A stretch of DNA of 64,000 nucleotides from Candidatus Latescibacterota bacterium (GCA_965116875.1 OZ220733.1:3232001-3296000), one strand, 5' to 3'. Shown: positions 40,887 to 51,033, counted from the stretch's first letter. Numbers and translations: made by a program. The notes: a model not told the origin generated them from the letters alone.

Positions 40887-41539
40887 TGTCCTTCTTCTCC
40901 AAGATAGGATCTTTCGATACCGAAGATGATGCGAAGTGCCGTGGCGATTGCGCCCAGACTCACGCCCAGCAGGATGCCGCGCCGGGCGGCCAGGTTGGGC
41001 GTGGCCATCAGCCACTGGGAAATGGCGGGCAGGTGTTCGGAGATGAGCGCGCCAATGGGCACCCGGCCCAGCATGACGAGCAGCGCGGCAACGAGTAGGA
41101 CAACCGCCTCCGTCGAACGGGCGCGAAACGTGCGGTAGGCGGCGGAAGCGATAAAGAAGGCGAGCAGAGAGAACATCGTGGCGCCGCCGGCGACGTGAAT
41201 GTGGGTATACATCCAGTTCAGATCCAGACCGTCGCCCTCGGCGAGCGGCTGCAGGGGCCCGCTGCCGTTGTTGTAGAGGGCAAGCAGGATCGTAACGATG
41301 AAGCCGACGTATACGACGGCGCTGAAGGCCCATCCGGCCTGTTTGCGCCTGACCCGGTTCCAGTGCATCTGCAACAGGCTGTGGATGCCCAGGAACAGGG
41401 CGAACGCGGCGATGATCCGGTACCACGTGGAGGTTGTGATCTCCACCGGCTGAGCCACCGGGATATAATACGTGAATATGCCGATCACGCCCGCGGCAAA
41501 GGCCACGAGGAGCGGCAGGGTGCGTTGCAGGAAGTACAT
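40883..41539 (-). CDS. Uncharacterised multi-pass membrane protein (GlmL-associated cluster)
   Basis: About 6 TM segments, ATMFSLLAFFIASAAYRTFRAR and LRIIFGIER. Confidence 0.8.
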   Translation of the reverse strand: MYFLQRTLPLLVAFAAGVIGIFTYYIPVAQPVEITTSTWYRIIAAFALFLGIHSLLQMHWNRVRRKQAGWAFSAVVYVGFIVTILLALYNNGSGPLQPLAEGDGLDLNWMYTHIHVAGGATMFSLLAFFIASAAYRTFRARSTEAVVLLVAALLVMLGRVPIGALISEHLPAISQWLMATPNLAARRGILLGVSLGAIATALRIIFGIERSYLGEEGQ

Positions 41540-41585
41540 TCGGTTTTCTCCCGGAGACCTGAAAGTATATGTGATGCTGTCGTTG

Positions 41586-42932
41586 TCAGCTCAATATCGG
41601 CCAGAAGCCGATGCCGGCCAGCAGGGAACCCAGCGCCAGCATCAGGATGAGGACTCCCTTCCCCAGGTCCTGTCCCTTCAGGCTGCCCAGAAGTTTGGGA
41701 TCTCTGGAGAGATAGGCGCTGGCGGCGTAGAGTTCCTCTCCCATCAGGGTATAGTCGCAGGTTGTGATAAAGAACGGAAGCTGCGTATAGGCGTCGGTAG
41801 CGGCGATCTGGATCGCGCCGGTCGTCGAGCCGGTCTCGGCCAATAGCAGGGACTCGGCGTAAAAATACCCCATCAGAAGATTGGCTGCCGGCTTTTCCCG
41901 CACCATCAGCCCCTCGAGCGCGGCCGCGTAGCTGAACTGGTCCGCGGCCGCCAGAAAGACGTTGTCCGGGTTGAACGCGTCCGGTCGTCCGGCTTCGATG
42001 CAAGACTCCTTGACCACTTCCTGGCTCACCGACATCACGATCGGATCCCGGTTGCCAACCCTGAGCTGGGTATCGTATTCGGCGGTTCGCTTCGCCACCT
42101 GGCCGAGAATATTCACAGCGGCGATGGTGGAAGGGCTGCCCATGTCCTGAAGGCCATGGACGAACAGCACCGGTTTGCCCATCTCGGTTGCGCGCCCCAG
42201 TGCCTCGTCCAGAGCGTCCAGTCCTGCCAGCCGCCGGATATAGAGATTCTTGCGCCGGGCGAGCCGGATATAGACGAGGATCAGAATGGAGAAAAGCGCG
42301 GCCAGCAGGAAATTGTTGCGCTTGGTCCAGTTGAAGTAGTTGCCGTACGCCCGGGCTTCCACAACCGTGTAGCCCGCGCCGCGGACGTCGAGGCGAACGA
42401 AATAGGGCCGGTCGTTCTCGAGCCGGATCCGGTTCTGTCCTTCAGGGTCGAGGTAGGATTCAATGTGGACGAAGTGGTGGTTGCGGTTCTCCTCGTCCCC
42501 GCCGAACGTGACCGCCTCGTCGGCCATCGTTGGAGCCGTTTTGGGATCCAGCTCCGCAACCTCATGGAACGGGCCGTCCGCCTGTTCGGAAACGCCGATG
42601 CGATATCGCGCGCTGTCCGGCAGGAAATCCAGGCGGCGCCACGTCAGCGTGATGCTGTGCCCCTGATCGTTGGGGGTGTCGAAAGCCCGGACGTCGATCG
42701 GCGCCGTATCAGCGGCTGCCGGCGCGACGGCGATGGCCAGAGCGAAACTGAGAAGCTGTCTTAAAATTACCGGTGAGTTCCCGAGCGCGAGCGAAAAAGT
42801 GGCGGTCAAGGCGGGAAAACCCGCCCATATTTGTCTATACGGGTGGATTTGACCAACGCCGACCGGCGCTTTTGCAGCCGTGCGAAGACCGCTGGGAATT
42901 TTAAGACAGCTTCTGAGCAGTAGATGCGCCAT
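41586..42932 (-). CDS. Signal peptide + FN3-like domain + TM + DUF6754-like domain protein, carrying an in-frame MITE
   Basis: DTPNDQGHSITLTW (FN3-like), IRRLAGLDALDEALGRATEMGKP and CDYTLMGEELYAASAYLS. The DUF name is recalled, not searched. Confidence 0.75.
   Translation of the reverse strand: MAHLLLRSCLKIPSGLRTAAKAPVGVGQIHPYRQIWAGFPALTATFSLALGNSPVILRQLLSFALAIAVAPAAADTAPIDVRAFDTPNDQGHSITLTWRRLDFLPDSARYRIGVSEQADGPFHEVAELDPKTAPTMADEAVTFGGDEENRNHHFVHIESYLDPEGQNRIRLENDRPYFVRLDVRGAGYTVVEARAYGNYFNWTKRNNFLLAALFSILILVYIRLARRKNLYIRRLAGLDALDEALGRATEMGKPVLFVHGLQDMGSPSTIAAVNILGQVAKRTAEYDTQLRVGNRDPIVMSVSQEVVKESCIEAGRPDAFNPDNVFLAAADQFSYAAALEGLMVREKPAANLLMGYFYAESLLLAETGSTTGAIQIAATDAYTQLPFFITTCDYTLMGEELYAASAYLSRDPKLLGSLKGQDLGKGVLILMLALGSLLAGIGFWPILS
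42752..42913. mobile_element. 162-bp MITE, copy 2, inside a CDS
   Basis: Perfect 17-bp TIR GAAGCTGTCTTAAAATT with TGA direct repeats on both sides. Confidence 0.93.
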
Positions 42933-42987
42933 TGCGGGTCTCCTGGCGGTTGTAATCAGGCTGCCTGGCGTATTGGCGCCCGAATCG

Positions 42988-44109
42988 TCACGCCTCGATC
43001 CTTTCGGCGTTTGCGCGGGGTATCACCGCTTTTTGACCGTTCTCGAATTGAACTTCAAGGACACGTACCCGGACTTCCGACTCAACGGCCGCCAGTTTGG
43101 ACGGCAGGGCGGTGACCACACCGGTGTTTCCGAAAAAGGGCGCCCTTATCGTACGGATCGGATCGCCGATGGACAGGCCTTCCGTGGCGACGGATTCTTC
43201 AGCGATGGTGGAACTCGACGTGTCCGGAACGATGATTTCGGGGCGAAGCACGCCGGCCCGAATCTGGGTGGCGCCCGAGATCGAGGCCTCTTCGCCGTTT
43301 CTCTCGTTCAGGACGTCGAAGGTTTTCGAAGCCATGGCGATGTCGCCGAATCCTTCGGTAACCACCACGGTAAGACCGATTTCTTCCGTACCGGTGATGG
43401 CCACGCCCAGGTCGTAACCGAGAAGGCTCCGCAGGTCGCGGTCGCGGATGCCCCCGCCAATGAGGCCGGCCGCGCCGATCTCCCGCGCCCTCCGGATGAG
43501 ATCCAGGGTGACCAGGCCTCCCGCGATGCAGATTCTGCCGGCGCAGGAGGCGTCGATCCGGTCTTCCTGTAGGCGCTCGTCCGGTGTGGCGGCAAGCGTA
43601 TGGAGCGCACCCCAGCTCTCACCGCCGATGCCGAAGATTCCCTGAAGGAATGCGCCGGCGGTCTCGATGACCACTCCTTCGCCGGGAATGGTTTCCACAA
43701 CCGCGCCGTCCACGTACGCCCGGACCTGTACGGGTCGGGGCGGACCTCGCAGAATGACCTGGCCGGTAACGGGGGACACGCTTTCCACGGTGCCCGAAAC
43801 CGGCGATTCCACCGTGGTTTTGAACCACTTGATGAACGGCCGGGTTTCGGCCAGAGGTTCCCCCGGCTCGACCGGCTCACCCTCCTTCCTGAGCATGTAG
43901 TCCGGGAGTTCGTCCGGGGTGACGCCCAGCCTGTTGACCAGGTTCAGGGTGGTCACGTCGCCGGGCAGTTCGGTCCGGGCCACCACCCGGTCTCGCTGCA
44001 CGGATTCGCCTTGGGAAACCAGCACCTCTCCTGCGATCGGCAGTTGGCGTCTCTTCCGTATGGTTGCCCTGCGGGTGACCCGCAGGCCCGGTGTGTATGT
44101 ATGGGCCAT
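42988..44109 (-). CDS. Uncharacterised soluble protein with barrel-sandwich-hybrid (biotinyl/lipoyl-like) segments and a KOW-like C-terminus
   Basis: GEVLVSQGESV, KEGEPVEPGEPLA...VESPVSGTV, QGIFGIGGE, VTEGFG and IGDPIRTIRAPFFGNTGVV. Confidence 0.75.
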   Translation of the reverse strand: MAHTYTPGLRVTRRATIRKRRQLPIAGEVLVSQGESVQRDRVVARTELPGDVTTLNLVNRLGVTPDELPDYMLRKEGEPVEPGEPLAETRPFIKWFKTTVESPVSGTVESVSPVTGQVILRGPPRPVQVRAYVDGAVVETIPGEGVVIETAGAFLQGIFGIGGESWGALHTLAATPDERLQEDRIDASCAGRICIAGGLVTLDLIRRAREIGAAGLIGGGIRDRDLRSLLGYDLGVAITGTEEIGLTVVVTEGFGDIAMASKTFDVLNERNGEEASISGATQIRAGVLRPEIIVPDTSSSTIAEESVATEGLSIGDPIRTIRAPFFGNTGVVTALPSKLAAVESEVRVRVLEVQFENGQKAVIPRANAERIEA

Positions 44110-44187
44110 AGGTTCAGCTTTACATAACCGGCATGCCGCGCCGGCGGCCGTCAGGGTTATTGGCCGGTGCAGTCTTCACACGGCCTT

Positions 44188-45258
44188 TCAAACTTTCATC
44201 TTCGGGTCCAGGGCGTCTCGCAGACCGTCGCCGAGCAGGTTGTAAAGGGTAACGGTGATAAAGATGGCGAAACCGGGAACGATGACCAGCCACCATGCCG
44301 CGGTATTGTTTCGTGCGCCCGCCAGTATCGCACCCCAGGTGATGGCTTCCGCCGGTACGCCGATGCCGAGGAAGCTCAGGCCGGACTCGGCCAGGATGGC
44401 GCCCGCCACCCCGAATGCAGCCGGAATGAGTACGGGTGCGATTGCATTCGGAAGAATGTGGATGAACATGATTCGACCGCTGGAATACCCCAGGCTCTTG
44501 GCCGCGGAAACAAAATCGTAGCTCCTTACCTGCAGAAACTGCGCCCTCGTGAGCCTGGCGATGCCGACCCAACCCGTAAAGCCGAGAATGATCATGACGA
44601 AGAAGAGGCTGGGCGGGAAGAACGCGGCGACCGTGATGATCAGGAAGAGGGTGGGTATGGCGGCCCAGAGTTCGAACAGACGGGAGAGAACCAGGTCGGT
44701 CCAGCCCCCGAAATAGCCCGCCAGCGCGCCGAGGGCGACGCCGATAATCATCGAGATCGCCACCGATACCAGCCCGATCGTGAGGGCGTAACGGGTTCCG
44801 TGGATCAGCCCGGAAAGCACATCCCGACCCAGCCGATCCGTACCAAGGAAATGCGCTGCGCCGGGCGGCTGGTACTTGTCCCTGAGGTTGACGTCGCTGG
44901 GACCGTAGGGAACGGGCGGGAATATGGCGGATTCCGACCTCAGGCGTTTGAAATTCCTCCTTCGTCTGAGCGGCTCCGGCCAGTCGGCCAGCCCGAGATG
45001 AACGGCGTACTGGCGAAAGGCCGGGAAATAGGTCTTGCCCCTGTACTTCATATAATAGGGTTTGTTGCCCGCGAGAAGATCCGCGAACACCGCCGTGAAC
45101 GCGAGAACGCCGATCGCCGCCAGGCTGATGAGGGCCGGACGGTTCTTCTTGAACTGCCGCCAGACCAGCTTTGAGTAGGTCTGACCTTCCTCAACAGGTT
45201 CCTGTTCGGACGTAGCACCGTCCGATTCGGTGAGATCGCGCGTTTTTGCGTCGGACAT
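44188..45258 (-). CDS. oppC: Peptide ABC transporter permease (OppC/DppC-like)
   Basis: HFLGTDRLGRD, EAA-like FVSAAKSLG, ESGLSFLG and GDGLRDALDP. Confidence 0.92.
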   Translation of the reverse strand: MSDAKTRDLTESDGATSEQEPVEEGQTYSKLVWRQFKKNRPALISLAAIGVLAFTAVFADLLAGNKPYYMKYRGKTYFPAFRQYAVHLGLADWPEPLRRRRNFKRLRSESAIFPPVPYGPSDVNLRDKYQPPGAAHFLGTDRLGRDVLSGLIHGTRYALTIGLVSVAISMIIGVALGALAGYFGGWTDLVLSRLFELWAAIPTLFLIITVAAFFPPSLFFVMIILGFTGWVGIARLTRAQFLQVRSYDFVSAAKSLGYSSGRIMFIHILPNAIAPVLIPAAFGVAGAILAESGLSFLGIGVPAEAITWGAILAGARNNTAAWWLVIVPGFAIFITVTLYNLLGDGLRDALDPKMKV

Positions 45259-45262
45259 GGAT

Positions 45263-46564
45263 CTATCCCTGAAGACGGGAAAACTCGATGCGCGGGTCCA
45301 CGACTTTGAGGAGGACGTCCGCGAGAAGAATACCCATCAGCGAGAGGAACGAACCGATGGTCAGAATGGCCATCACCATGGGATAGTCGCGCACGAGCAC
45401 GGATTGAACGCCCAGATACCCCAGACCCGGTATGGTGAAGATCGTCTCGATGAAGACCGAGCCGGCGATGATGGCCGGAAGCAGATTCGCCAGAATGGTC
45501 ACGATGGGGATCAGTGAGTTGCGGAAGACGTGCTTCAGAATCACGACTTTTTCCGAAAGGCCCTTTGCGCGGGCCGTGCGAACGTAATCCAGTCTCATGT
45601 TCTCCAGCATACTGGTTCGCATGAACCGGGAGAGGCCCGCGAAACTGGCGTAGCTCGAGGCCAGAACCGGCATGGCCATGTGATGGGCGTGGTCCGTCAA
45701 CAGCCGCCAGAATCCCCACTCGGAAGAGGCGTCCAGTGACTGGATGCCGGAGGCTGGAAACCAGTAGAAGAATTCCTTGTTGCAGAAAAACACGATGAGC
45801 AGCATGCCCACCCAGAACGAAGGCATGGACCACAGGATGAAGGTTCCGGTGGTCAGTGTGCGATCGGTCCGGGTGTCCTGTTTCACGGCCAGCCAGATTC
45901 CAAGGGGAAGTCCGATGATGTAGGCCACGATCAGACTGATGACGTTGATTTCGATGGTGATGGGCACGCGCGCGAGGATATGGGAGATCACCGGCTGCTG
46001 ATCCTTGAACGAGCGACCGAAATTGAGCGTGACAAAGCGCCGGTCGAAGCAATGGAAGAGGAGCAGGCCGGCGCCGGTGTACTCGTAATTGTCCTCGAGT
46101 TTGACGGTCTTGCTCTCCCAGAAAGAGGAAAGGACGAGCGCCTGCGCTTCGTCCGGGTGACGTTCCTCGAAACTGAGAAGGAACCGGGCTTTGCGCGCCT
46201 CGTTTTCCAGCGAGGCCAACTCGCTTCTTTCGCCGCTGTCCAGATTCGAGAGATAGATGTCGACGCGGCGGCCCATGCGTTCGAAGTTGCTGAGCGGCTC
46301 CACGTGAAGAACCAGGCTCGACAACCAGTTCAGGTATTGGAGGTGAAGCGGCCTGTCCAGGCCGAGCTGCCGGCGAAGGTCCTCGCGCGTTTTTTCGAAA
46401 TCGGACTGCCGATCCGTGGAGATGCCCTCTTCGCCCGCCATGCCGCCGAGAAAGAAGTCCACCGGGTCGCCGGGAGCAAGATGCATAACCAGGAAGGAAA
46501 TCAGGGTGATGCCGATCATCGTTGGGATCATCAGCAGGCTGCGCTGCAGGATGTACTGGATCAT
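45263..46564 (-). CDS. oppB: Peptide ABC transporter permease (OppB/DppB-like) with an enlarged periplasmic loop
   Basis: GLDRPLHLQY, DYVRTARAKGL, RNSLIP, RDYP and DPRI. Confidence 0.92.
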   Translation of the reverse strand: MIQYILQRSLLMIPTMIGITLISFLVMHLAPGDPVDFFLGGMAGEEGISTDRQSDFEKTREDLRRQLGLDRPLHLQYLNWLSSLVLHVEPLSNFERMGRRVDIYLSNLDSGERSELASLENEARKARFLLSFEERHPDEAQALVLSSFWESKTVKLEDNYEYTGAGLLLFHCFDRRFVTLNFGRSFKDQQPVISHILARVPITIEINVISLIVAYIIGLPLGIWLAVKQDTRTDRTLTTGTFILWSMPSFWVGMLLIVFFCNKEFFYWFPASGIQSLDASSEWGFWRLLTDHAHHMAMPVLASSYASFAGLSRFMRTSMLENMRLDYVRTARAKGLSEKVVILKHVFRNSLIPIVTILANLLPAIIAGSVFIETIFTIPGLGYLGVQSVLVRDYPMVMAILTIGSFLSLMGILLADVLLKVVDPRIEFSRLQG

Positions 46565-46640
46565 CTGCTATCAGGCCTCTACGTGCCGACGTCTGTTCAT
46601 CGGGATTGCGACAGGGTCCGGTCGTCTCACCGGTCTCACA

Positions 46641-48482
46641 CTATTGGTACAACCGGTTGGACGCGCCTACCCACCATTCCTGCGTGTCCGGGCCACCGGC
46701 GTACCAGTTGTCACCCGCGAAGCGCCTGCTGTATGAAGTGGCGGTGCGTGATTTCCAGAGAAACGTATAGGGTTGCTCGTCGTAAAGGATCTCCTGGAAT
46801 CGGCGGTAGAGTTGAATTCGCTTGTCCATATCGAATTCCCGCCGGTAGGTTTCCAGGATGCGGTCGACCTCCTCGTTCTTGAAGCCGATGTAATTCGACC
46901 CCTGTCCCTCTGCCTGCGAGGAGTGCCAGATCTGATAGGAATCCGGGGGTATGATCAGGCTGCCGGTCCACCCCAGCGTGCAGGCGGCGAAGTCCTTCTT
47001 GCGAACCACCCGGTCCAGAAAGATGGTCCAGTCCAGTTCACGCACCTCGCAGACGATTCCGATGTCCTGCAGTTCATACTGCAGCGCCAGGGCGATGTCT
47101 TTGCGGAGCTGGTTCCCGGAGTTGACCAGGAACTCGAATTTAAACGGGTGTTTCTCGCCGTCGATGACCTTGTCCAGGATGCCGTCGTTATCGCTATCCG
47201 TCCAGCCGGTCTCCTCCAGAAGGTCAAGCGCCCTTTCGGGATCGTAAGGGTGGGGTTCGAGGCCGTGGTTGTATTCGGGCCGGAACTTGTGGATGGGGCT
47301 CTCTACGGTTTCCGCCAGACCGAACATGAGGTTCACCACCATGCTTTCACGGTCGGTGAGATACGTCATCGCTTTGCGCACGCGCTTGTCGCGAAAGATG
47401 GGGTGCGCGTTGTTCCAGCCGATGTACACGTACCCCGAAGAATAGACCACGCTCTTCTTGAATCGCTCGATAAAATCCGGAGACCAGCTCTTGTCCTTGA
47501 ACTGAAGCGGCCTGAGCCCAAAGTAGTCGATATTTCCGTTGGTGTGCTCTATGAACGCGGCTTCAGGGTCGTTCACGATTTTGAAGACGATCTTTTCCAC
47601 GTATCCCTTGGGCATCAGATCGGTCCTGTCCCCTCCCCAGTAGTTGGGATTGCGGGTAAGGATCACCTTCTGGCCCGTGACCACGTCCTCGTCCCAGTCT
47701 TTCACGAGATAGGGGCCGGAACCCAGCATCTTCCGATGGTATTCGGTGTTGAATTTCTCGGCGAACTGCTGCACGCGCTCCGCGTGCGGGCCGCTTTCCC
47801 AGGAACCGTCGATGAGGCTCCGGATGTCGACCGGATCCAGCAGGCCGTCGGGGTCGTAGAAGTGTTTGGGAAGGATGTCCATGCTGCCCAGGGAGATGTT
47901 GTTCCTGAAATAGGGCTCCCGGCAGACGAAGCTGATTCTGTACTTGCCCTCCTGTTCGACGTTGCTGATGGCCGCGAAGTAGTTTCGAAGCGAGGCAGCC
48001 AGGACTTTCGGGTTCTTGATGACCTTGATGCTGAAGAGGACGTCGTCCGCCGAGAGGGGCTTGCCGTCCGCGAAATGGATGTTCTCGCGCAGATCGAAGG
48101 TATAGGTGAGCTTGTCTTCGGATACCGCGGGGGGCCCTTTCGCAACCAGACCTCTGAGATTGTAGGGCGATTCGTTCTCGATGTCCAGCAGCGACTCGAA
48201 GACATACTGGTGAACTTGAGAGGCGCCCCTGTCATTGGAAACGTATGGGTTGAAATTCTCCGGATCGGACAGGAAGTGGTGAACCATCCAGTCTCCGTAT
48301 TCCGGTTGGATATCGCCGGCGTACATGGCGGGTACCCGATCCGTTCCGTCCAGTACGATCGCGGGTGCTTCCCTCGTATCCAATAGCGTTCTTTGAACCT
48401 TCTGCCAGGGGGTTTCGTCCTTGCCTGCGGCCGCAGAGACGAAAAACAATCCGAGGATCGCCAGTCCGCACACTTTAGCCAT
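46641..48482 (-). CDS. oppA: Peptide ABC transporter substrate-binding protein (family 5)
   Basis: Signal peptide, YTFDLRENIHFADGKPLSADDVLFS, GSGPY and DKRVRKA. Its ATG overlaps the glmL-like stop (TGATG). Confidence 0.9.
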   Translation of the reverse strand: MAKVCGLAILGLFFVSAAAGKDETPWQKVQRTLLDTREAPAIVLDGTDRVPAMYAGDIQPEYGDWMVHHFLSDPENFNPYVSNDRGASQVHQYVFESLLDIENESPYNLRGLVAKGPPAVSEDKLTYTFDLRENIHFADGKPLSADDVLFSIKVIKNPKVLAASLRNYFAAISNVEQEGKYRISFVCREPYFRNNISLGSMDILPKHFYDPDGLLDPVDIRSLIDGSWESGPHAERVQQFAEKFNTEYHRKMLGSGPYLVKDWDEDVVTGQKVILTRNPNYWGGDRTDLMPKGYVEKIVFKIVNDPEAAFIEHTNGNIDYFGLRPLQFKDKSWSPDFIERFKKSVVYSSGYVYIGWNNAHPIFRDKRVRKAMTYLTDRESMVVNLMFGLAETVESPIHKFRPEYNHGLEPHPYDPERALDLLEETGWTDSDNDGILDKVIDGEKHPFKFEFLVNSGNQLRKDIALALQYELQDIGIVCEVRELDWTIFLDRVVRKKDFAACTLGWTGSLIIPPDSYQIWHSSQAEGQGSNYIGFKNEEVDRILETYRREFDMDKRIQLYRRFQEILYDEQPYTFLWKSRTATSYSRRFAGDNWYAGGPDTQEWWVGASNRLYQ

Positions 48483-50287
48483 CACTTGCCTCCTTGTGCC
48501 GCCTGTTGACGGGGATAGAGATCCAATGCACGGTTCCACGCGCTAACCCGCTCGACCGCGACCCCGTTGGAAGACGGAAGCGGCCGTCCGCGCCCGTCGA
48601 GAATCAGACCGGCCACGCCACCCTTCACGGTGCGGCGAATCGACTGACCGGTCCCCGCCCCGGCGTCCCAGCCCGACTCGGGATGCAGGCTGACGTCGAC
48701 TTCCCGGTCGGGGCCCGCGCGGAACCTATGGAGGGCGCCGACTTTCAGCTCGCCGGACTCTGTGCCGTCATCGAGCGAGATCTCATACGTGGCGCAGACC
48801 TCGCCCGGTTTTCCCTGCCCGGAAGGCGCAACACATGTGCCCAGATCGACCAGGCAGTCCCGTTCGAATACTTCGGCGGCGGCCTGTTCATTGACGCTTG
48901 TCAGGACGCCCAGGTGGGGCATCATGAAAATGCTGTCTACGGCCAGCCTCGTAAATCCCTGGGGCTGGAAGGCGTCGATGAGCATGGCCGCCGACTGCGC
49001 GCGACGCGGCGCATGCGAAAGAACCCCGCCGCTGCCCACCAGCAGGTCCAGGTCCGGCATGTGAATCAGGCTCTCGCCCGCGGCGGTCTGATCGAAAGCA
49101 TCGGAAAGGGTGCGTTCCGTCTGCACGCCTTTGAGGCCTACGGCCAGTGCCCGGTGCTGCTCGAACGCCAGGCGCAATGCCTCACGGGCGATGGCCTGCT
49201 CGAGCTGCAACTCCTCCAGCGTTTGTGGCACGGTGGTCGGACGGATCATCTTGTTCTTGACGCGGTCCCGGAGGTCGGCCTCTTCGATTTCAAACGGGAC
49301 CCAACGCATCACGTTCGACAGGCCTGCCTCGGCCAGTACGTTCGAGATGCTGTAGGACATACCCAGGTTGGCGCTCACGGTACGGTTGAATCGATCGCCG
49401 AACACACTGAAGACGTCGGTGGTCGCCCCGCCGATGTCGACACCCACGACGTTGATGTTCCGGCGCCGGGCCACGGTCTGAATGAGCAGGCCGACCGCGC
49501 CGGGCGTTGGCATAATGGGCGCGCCCGTCCATTCCATCAGTGTACGGTACCCGGGCGCCTGCGCCATCACGTGTTCGAGGAAGAGGTCGTGAATCACCTG
49601 GCGCGCCGGTCCCAGGTTCTCGCGTTCGAGTTGAGGGCGGATATTATCCGTGGTTTTCAGCGCGGTTTTTTCGCCCAGAACCCGCTGAACGTCCTCCCGC
49701 GCGTCCCTGTTTCCCGCATAGATGACGGGAAGCCGGAAGCCGGCGCCGAACCGCGGTCTCGGGTCCGCCGCGGCGATGAATTCCGCGAGTTCCACCACGT
49801 GGCTCACGGTACCGCCGTCCGTTCCACCGGACAGGAGCACCATGTCGGGACGCAAATGGCGGATGCGCTCGATCTTCTGGTGGGGCAGGCGCCCGTCGTT
49901 GGAAGCGAGCACGTCCATGACGATGGCGCCGGCGCCCAGGGCCGCGCGCTGGGCGCTCTCGCCCGTCATCGCCTGGACTACGCCGCCCACCATCATCTGA
50001 AGGCCGCCCCCGGCGCTGCTGGTGGACACATAAATGTCAACGCCCCGGCCGTCTGCCGCGGGCGTGATGATGCGTTCGCCGTCCAGGATGGCGCGCCCGG
50101 AGAGTTCCTCGACTTCCTGGATGGCGTTGAGTACGCCACGGGTGACGTCTTCAAACGGAGCTTCGACCGTGGTGGGCGCCTCACCGCGAAAGGTCTGCCG
50201 GTAGCATTCCTCCTTTTTCTCGATAAGAATGGCCTTGGTGGTCGTGCTGCCGCAGTCCGTGGCGATGATAACGTCCGGTCTATCCAT
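48482..50287 (-). CDS. GlmL/MutL (glutamate mutase L)-family ASKHA ATPase
   Basis: Phosphate-1 DCGSTTTK, SSAGGGL, phosphate-2 DIGGATTDVFS, RTVSANLG and adenosine motif GSGGVLSHAP. Confidence 0.85.
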   Translation of the reverse strand: MDRPDVIIATDCGSTTTKAILIEKKEECYRQTFRGEAPTTVEAPFEDVTRGVLNAIQEVEELSGRAILDGERIITPAADGRGVDIYVSTSSAGGGLQMMVGGVVQAMTGESAQRAALGAGAIVMDVLASNDGRLPHQKIERIRHLRPDMVLLSGGTDGGTVSHVVELAEFIAAADPRPRFGAGFRLPVIYAGNRDAREDVQRVLGEKTALKTTDNIRPQLERENLGPARQVIHDLFLEHVMAQAPGYRTLMEWTGAPIMPTPGAVGLLIQTVARRRNINVVGVDIGGATTDVFSVFGDRFNRTVSANLGMSYSISNVLAEAGLSNVMRWVPFEIEEADLRDRVKNKMIRPTTVPQTLEELQLEQAIAREALRLAFEQHRALAVGLKGVQTERTLSDAFDQTAAGESLIHMPDLDLLVGSGGVLSHAPRRAQSAAMLIDAFQPQGFTRLAVDSIFMMPHLGVLTSVNEQAAAEVFERDCLVDLGTCVAPSGQGKPGEVCATYEISLDDGTESGELKVGALHRFRAGPDREVDVSLHPESGWDAGAGTGQSIRRTVKGGVAGLILDGRGRPLPSSNGVAVERVSAWNRALDLYPRQQAAQGGK

Positions 50288-50606
50288 TCATTCGGTTTTC
50301 CGTCTCCACAAGGGTATCGATCAGTGTCTGGACGCTCTGCCGTTTCTCCAGAAAACGCACGAATCGACCGTATTCCGCGCCTGAGAAGATAAGGGTGACA
50401 AAGGGAGAAAGAAAAGCCAAAAACTGACTGCCTATAAAGTTGAACGGCCGTCCGGCCTCCAGAACCATCAACGCGGGAGTGGTCATCTGCCTGCGAACCA
50501 CGAATTCCGCCATTTTGGCCGCCAGAGCGCGCTCTTCCTCCGTGATTCGGCTTTCCGGAGGGTTGACGGCGAAAGCGTGTTCGCACCAGGTTCTAAGGCG
50601 TTGCAT
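50280..50606 (-). CDS. Small conserved hypothetical protein
   Basis: HAFAV...AEFVVRRQMTTPALMVLEAGRPFNFIGSQ...LEKR. Overlaps both neighbouring genes. Confidence 0.7.
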   Translation of the reverse strand: MQRLRTWCEHAFAVNPPESRITEEERALAAKMAEFVVRRQMTTPALMVLEAGRPFNFIGSQFLAFLSPFVTLIFSGAEYGRFVRFLEKRQSVQTLIDTLVETENRMNG

Positions 50607-51033
50607 CCGCGAGGCGGGTCTGGACGTACTCAATGATTTCCTCCCGATTGTCACGAACGCGCAGGAAACAGCCTCGAAACGGATCGAGTCTGTGAGGTTG
50701 AACGAACGGGCTGAGATGGACGCCGTCTCGGACGACGGTATGCCGGCGAATCCGGTTCCACGGAATGGTCCGCCTTGCGCCAAGGTGCGCTATGAGGATG
50801 TGACTTTCCAGGAGTGCGTATCTTGTGGGGAGGAAGTAACGGGACATGGATGCCATGAGCAGCGCCGCCGCCAGAAAACCGTATGACGGCGCACCGAATT
50901 CAAGGGCAATCAGAACCGACAACCCCAGGATAACCAGGATGAGCAAGCCGGTCTTCGCCGGCGGTTCTTCCAGGAGGGGATGGACCGTCCAGCGGAGGTC
51001 GGCTGCCGGTTCGGTCGTCTTCGGTGTATGCAT
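50593..51033 (-). CDS. Two-TM membrane protein with a soluble PH-like C-terminus
   Basis: WTVHP, two TM segments, YFLPTRY and LSPF...LDPFRG. Confidence 0.7.
   Translation of the reverse strand: MHTPKTTEPAADLRWTVHPLLEEPPAKTGLLILVILGLSVLIALEFGAPSYGFLAAALLMASMSRYFLPTRYALLESHILIAHLGARRTIPWNRIRRHTVVRDGVHLSPFVQPHRLDPFRGCFLRVRDNREEIIEYVQTRLADATP

Noticed and set aside
48482-50287. Calling this gene mismatch-repair mutL, or evidence of glutamate fermentation
   Set aside because: The motifs are ASKHA, not GHKL, and no mutase subunits are present in the window.
46773-50392. Long + strand ORFs (537 aa and 632 aa) and similar antisense ORFs throughout the window
   Set aside because: These are shadow frames of high-GC genes with no recognisable motifs.
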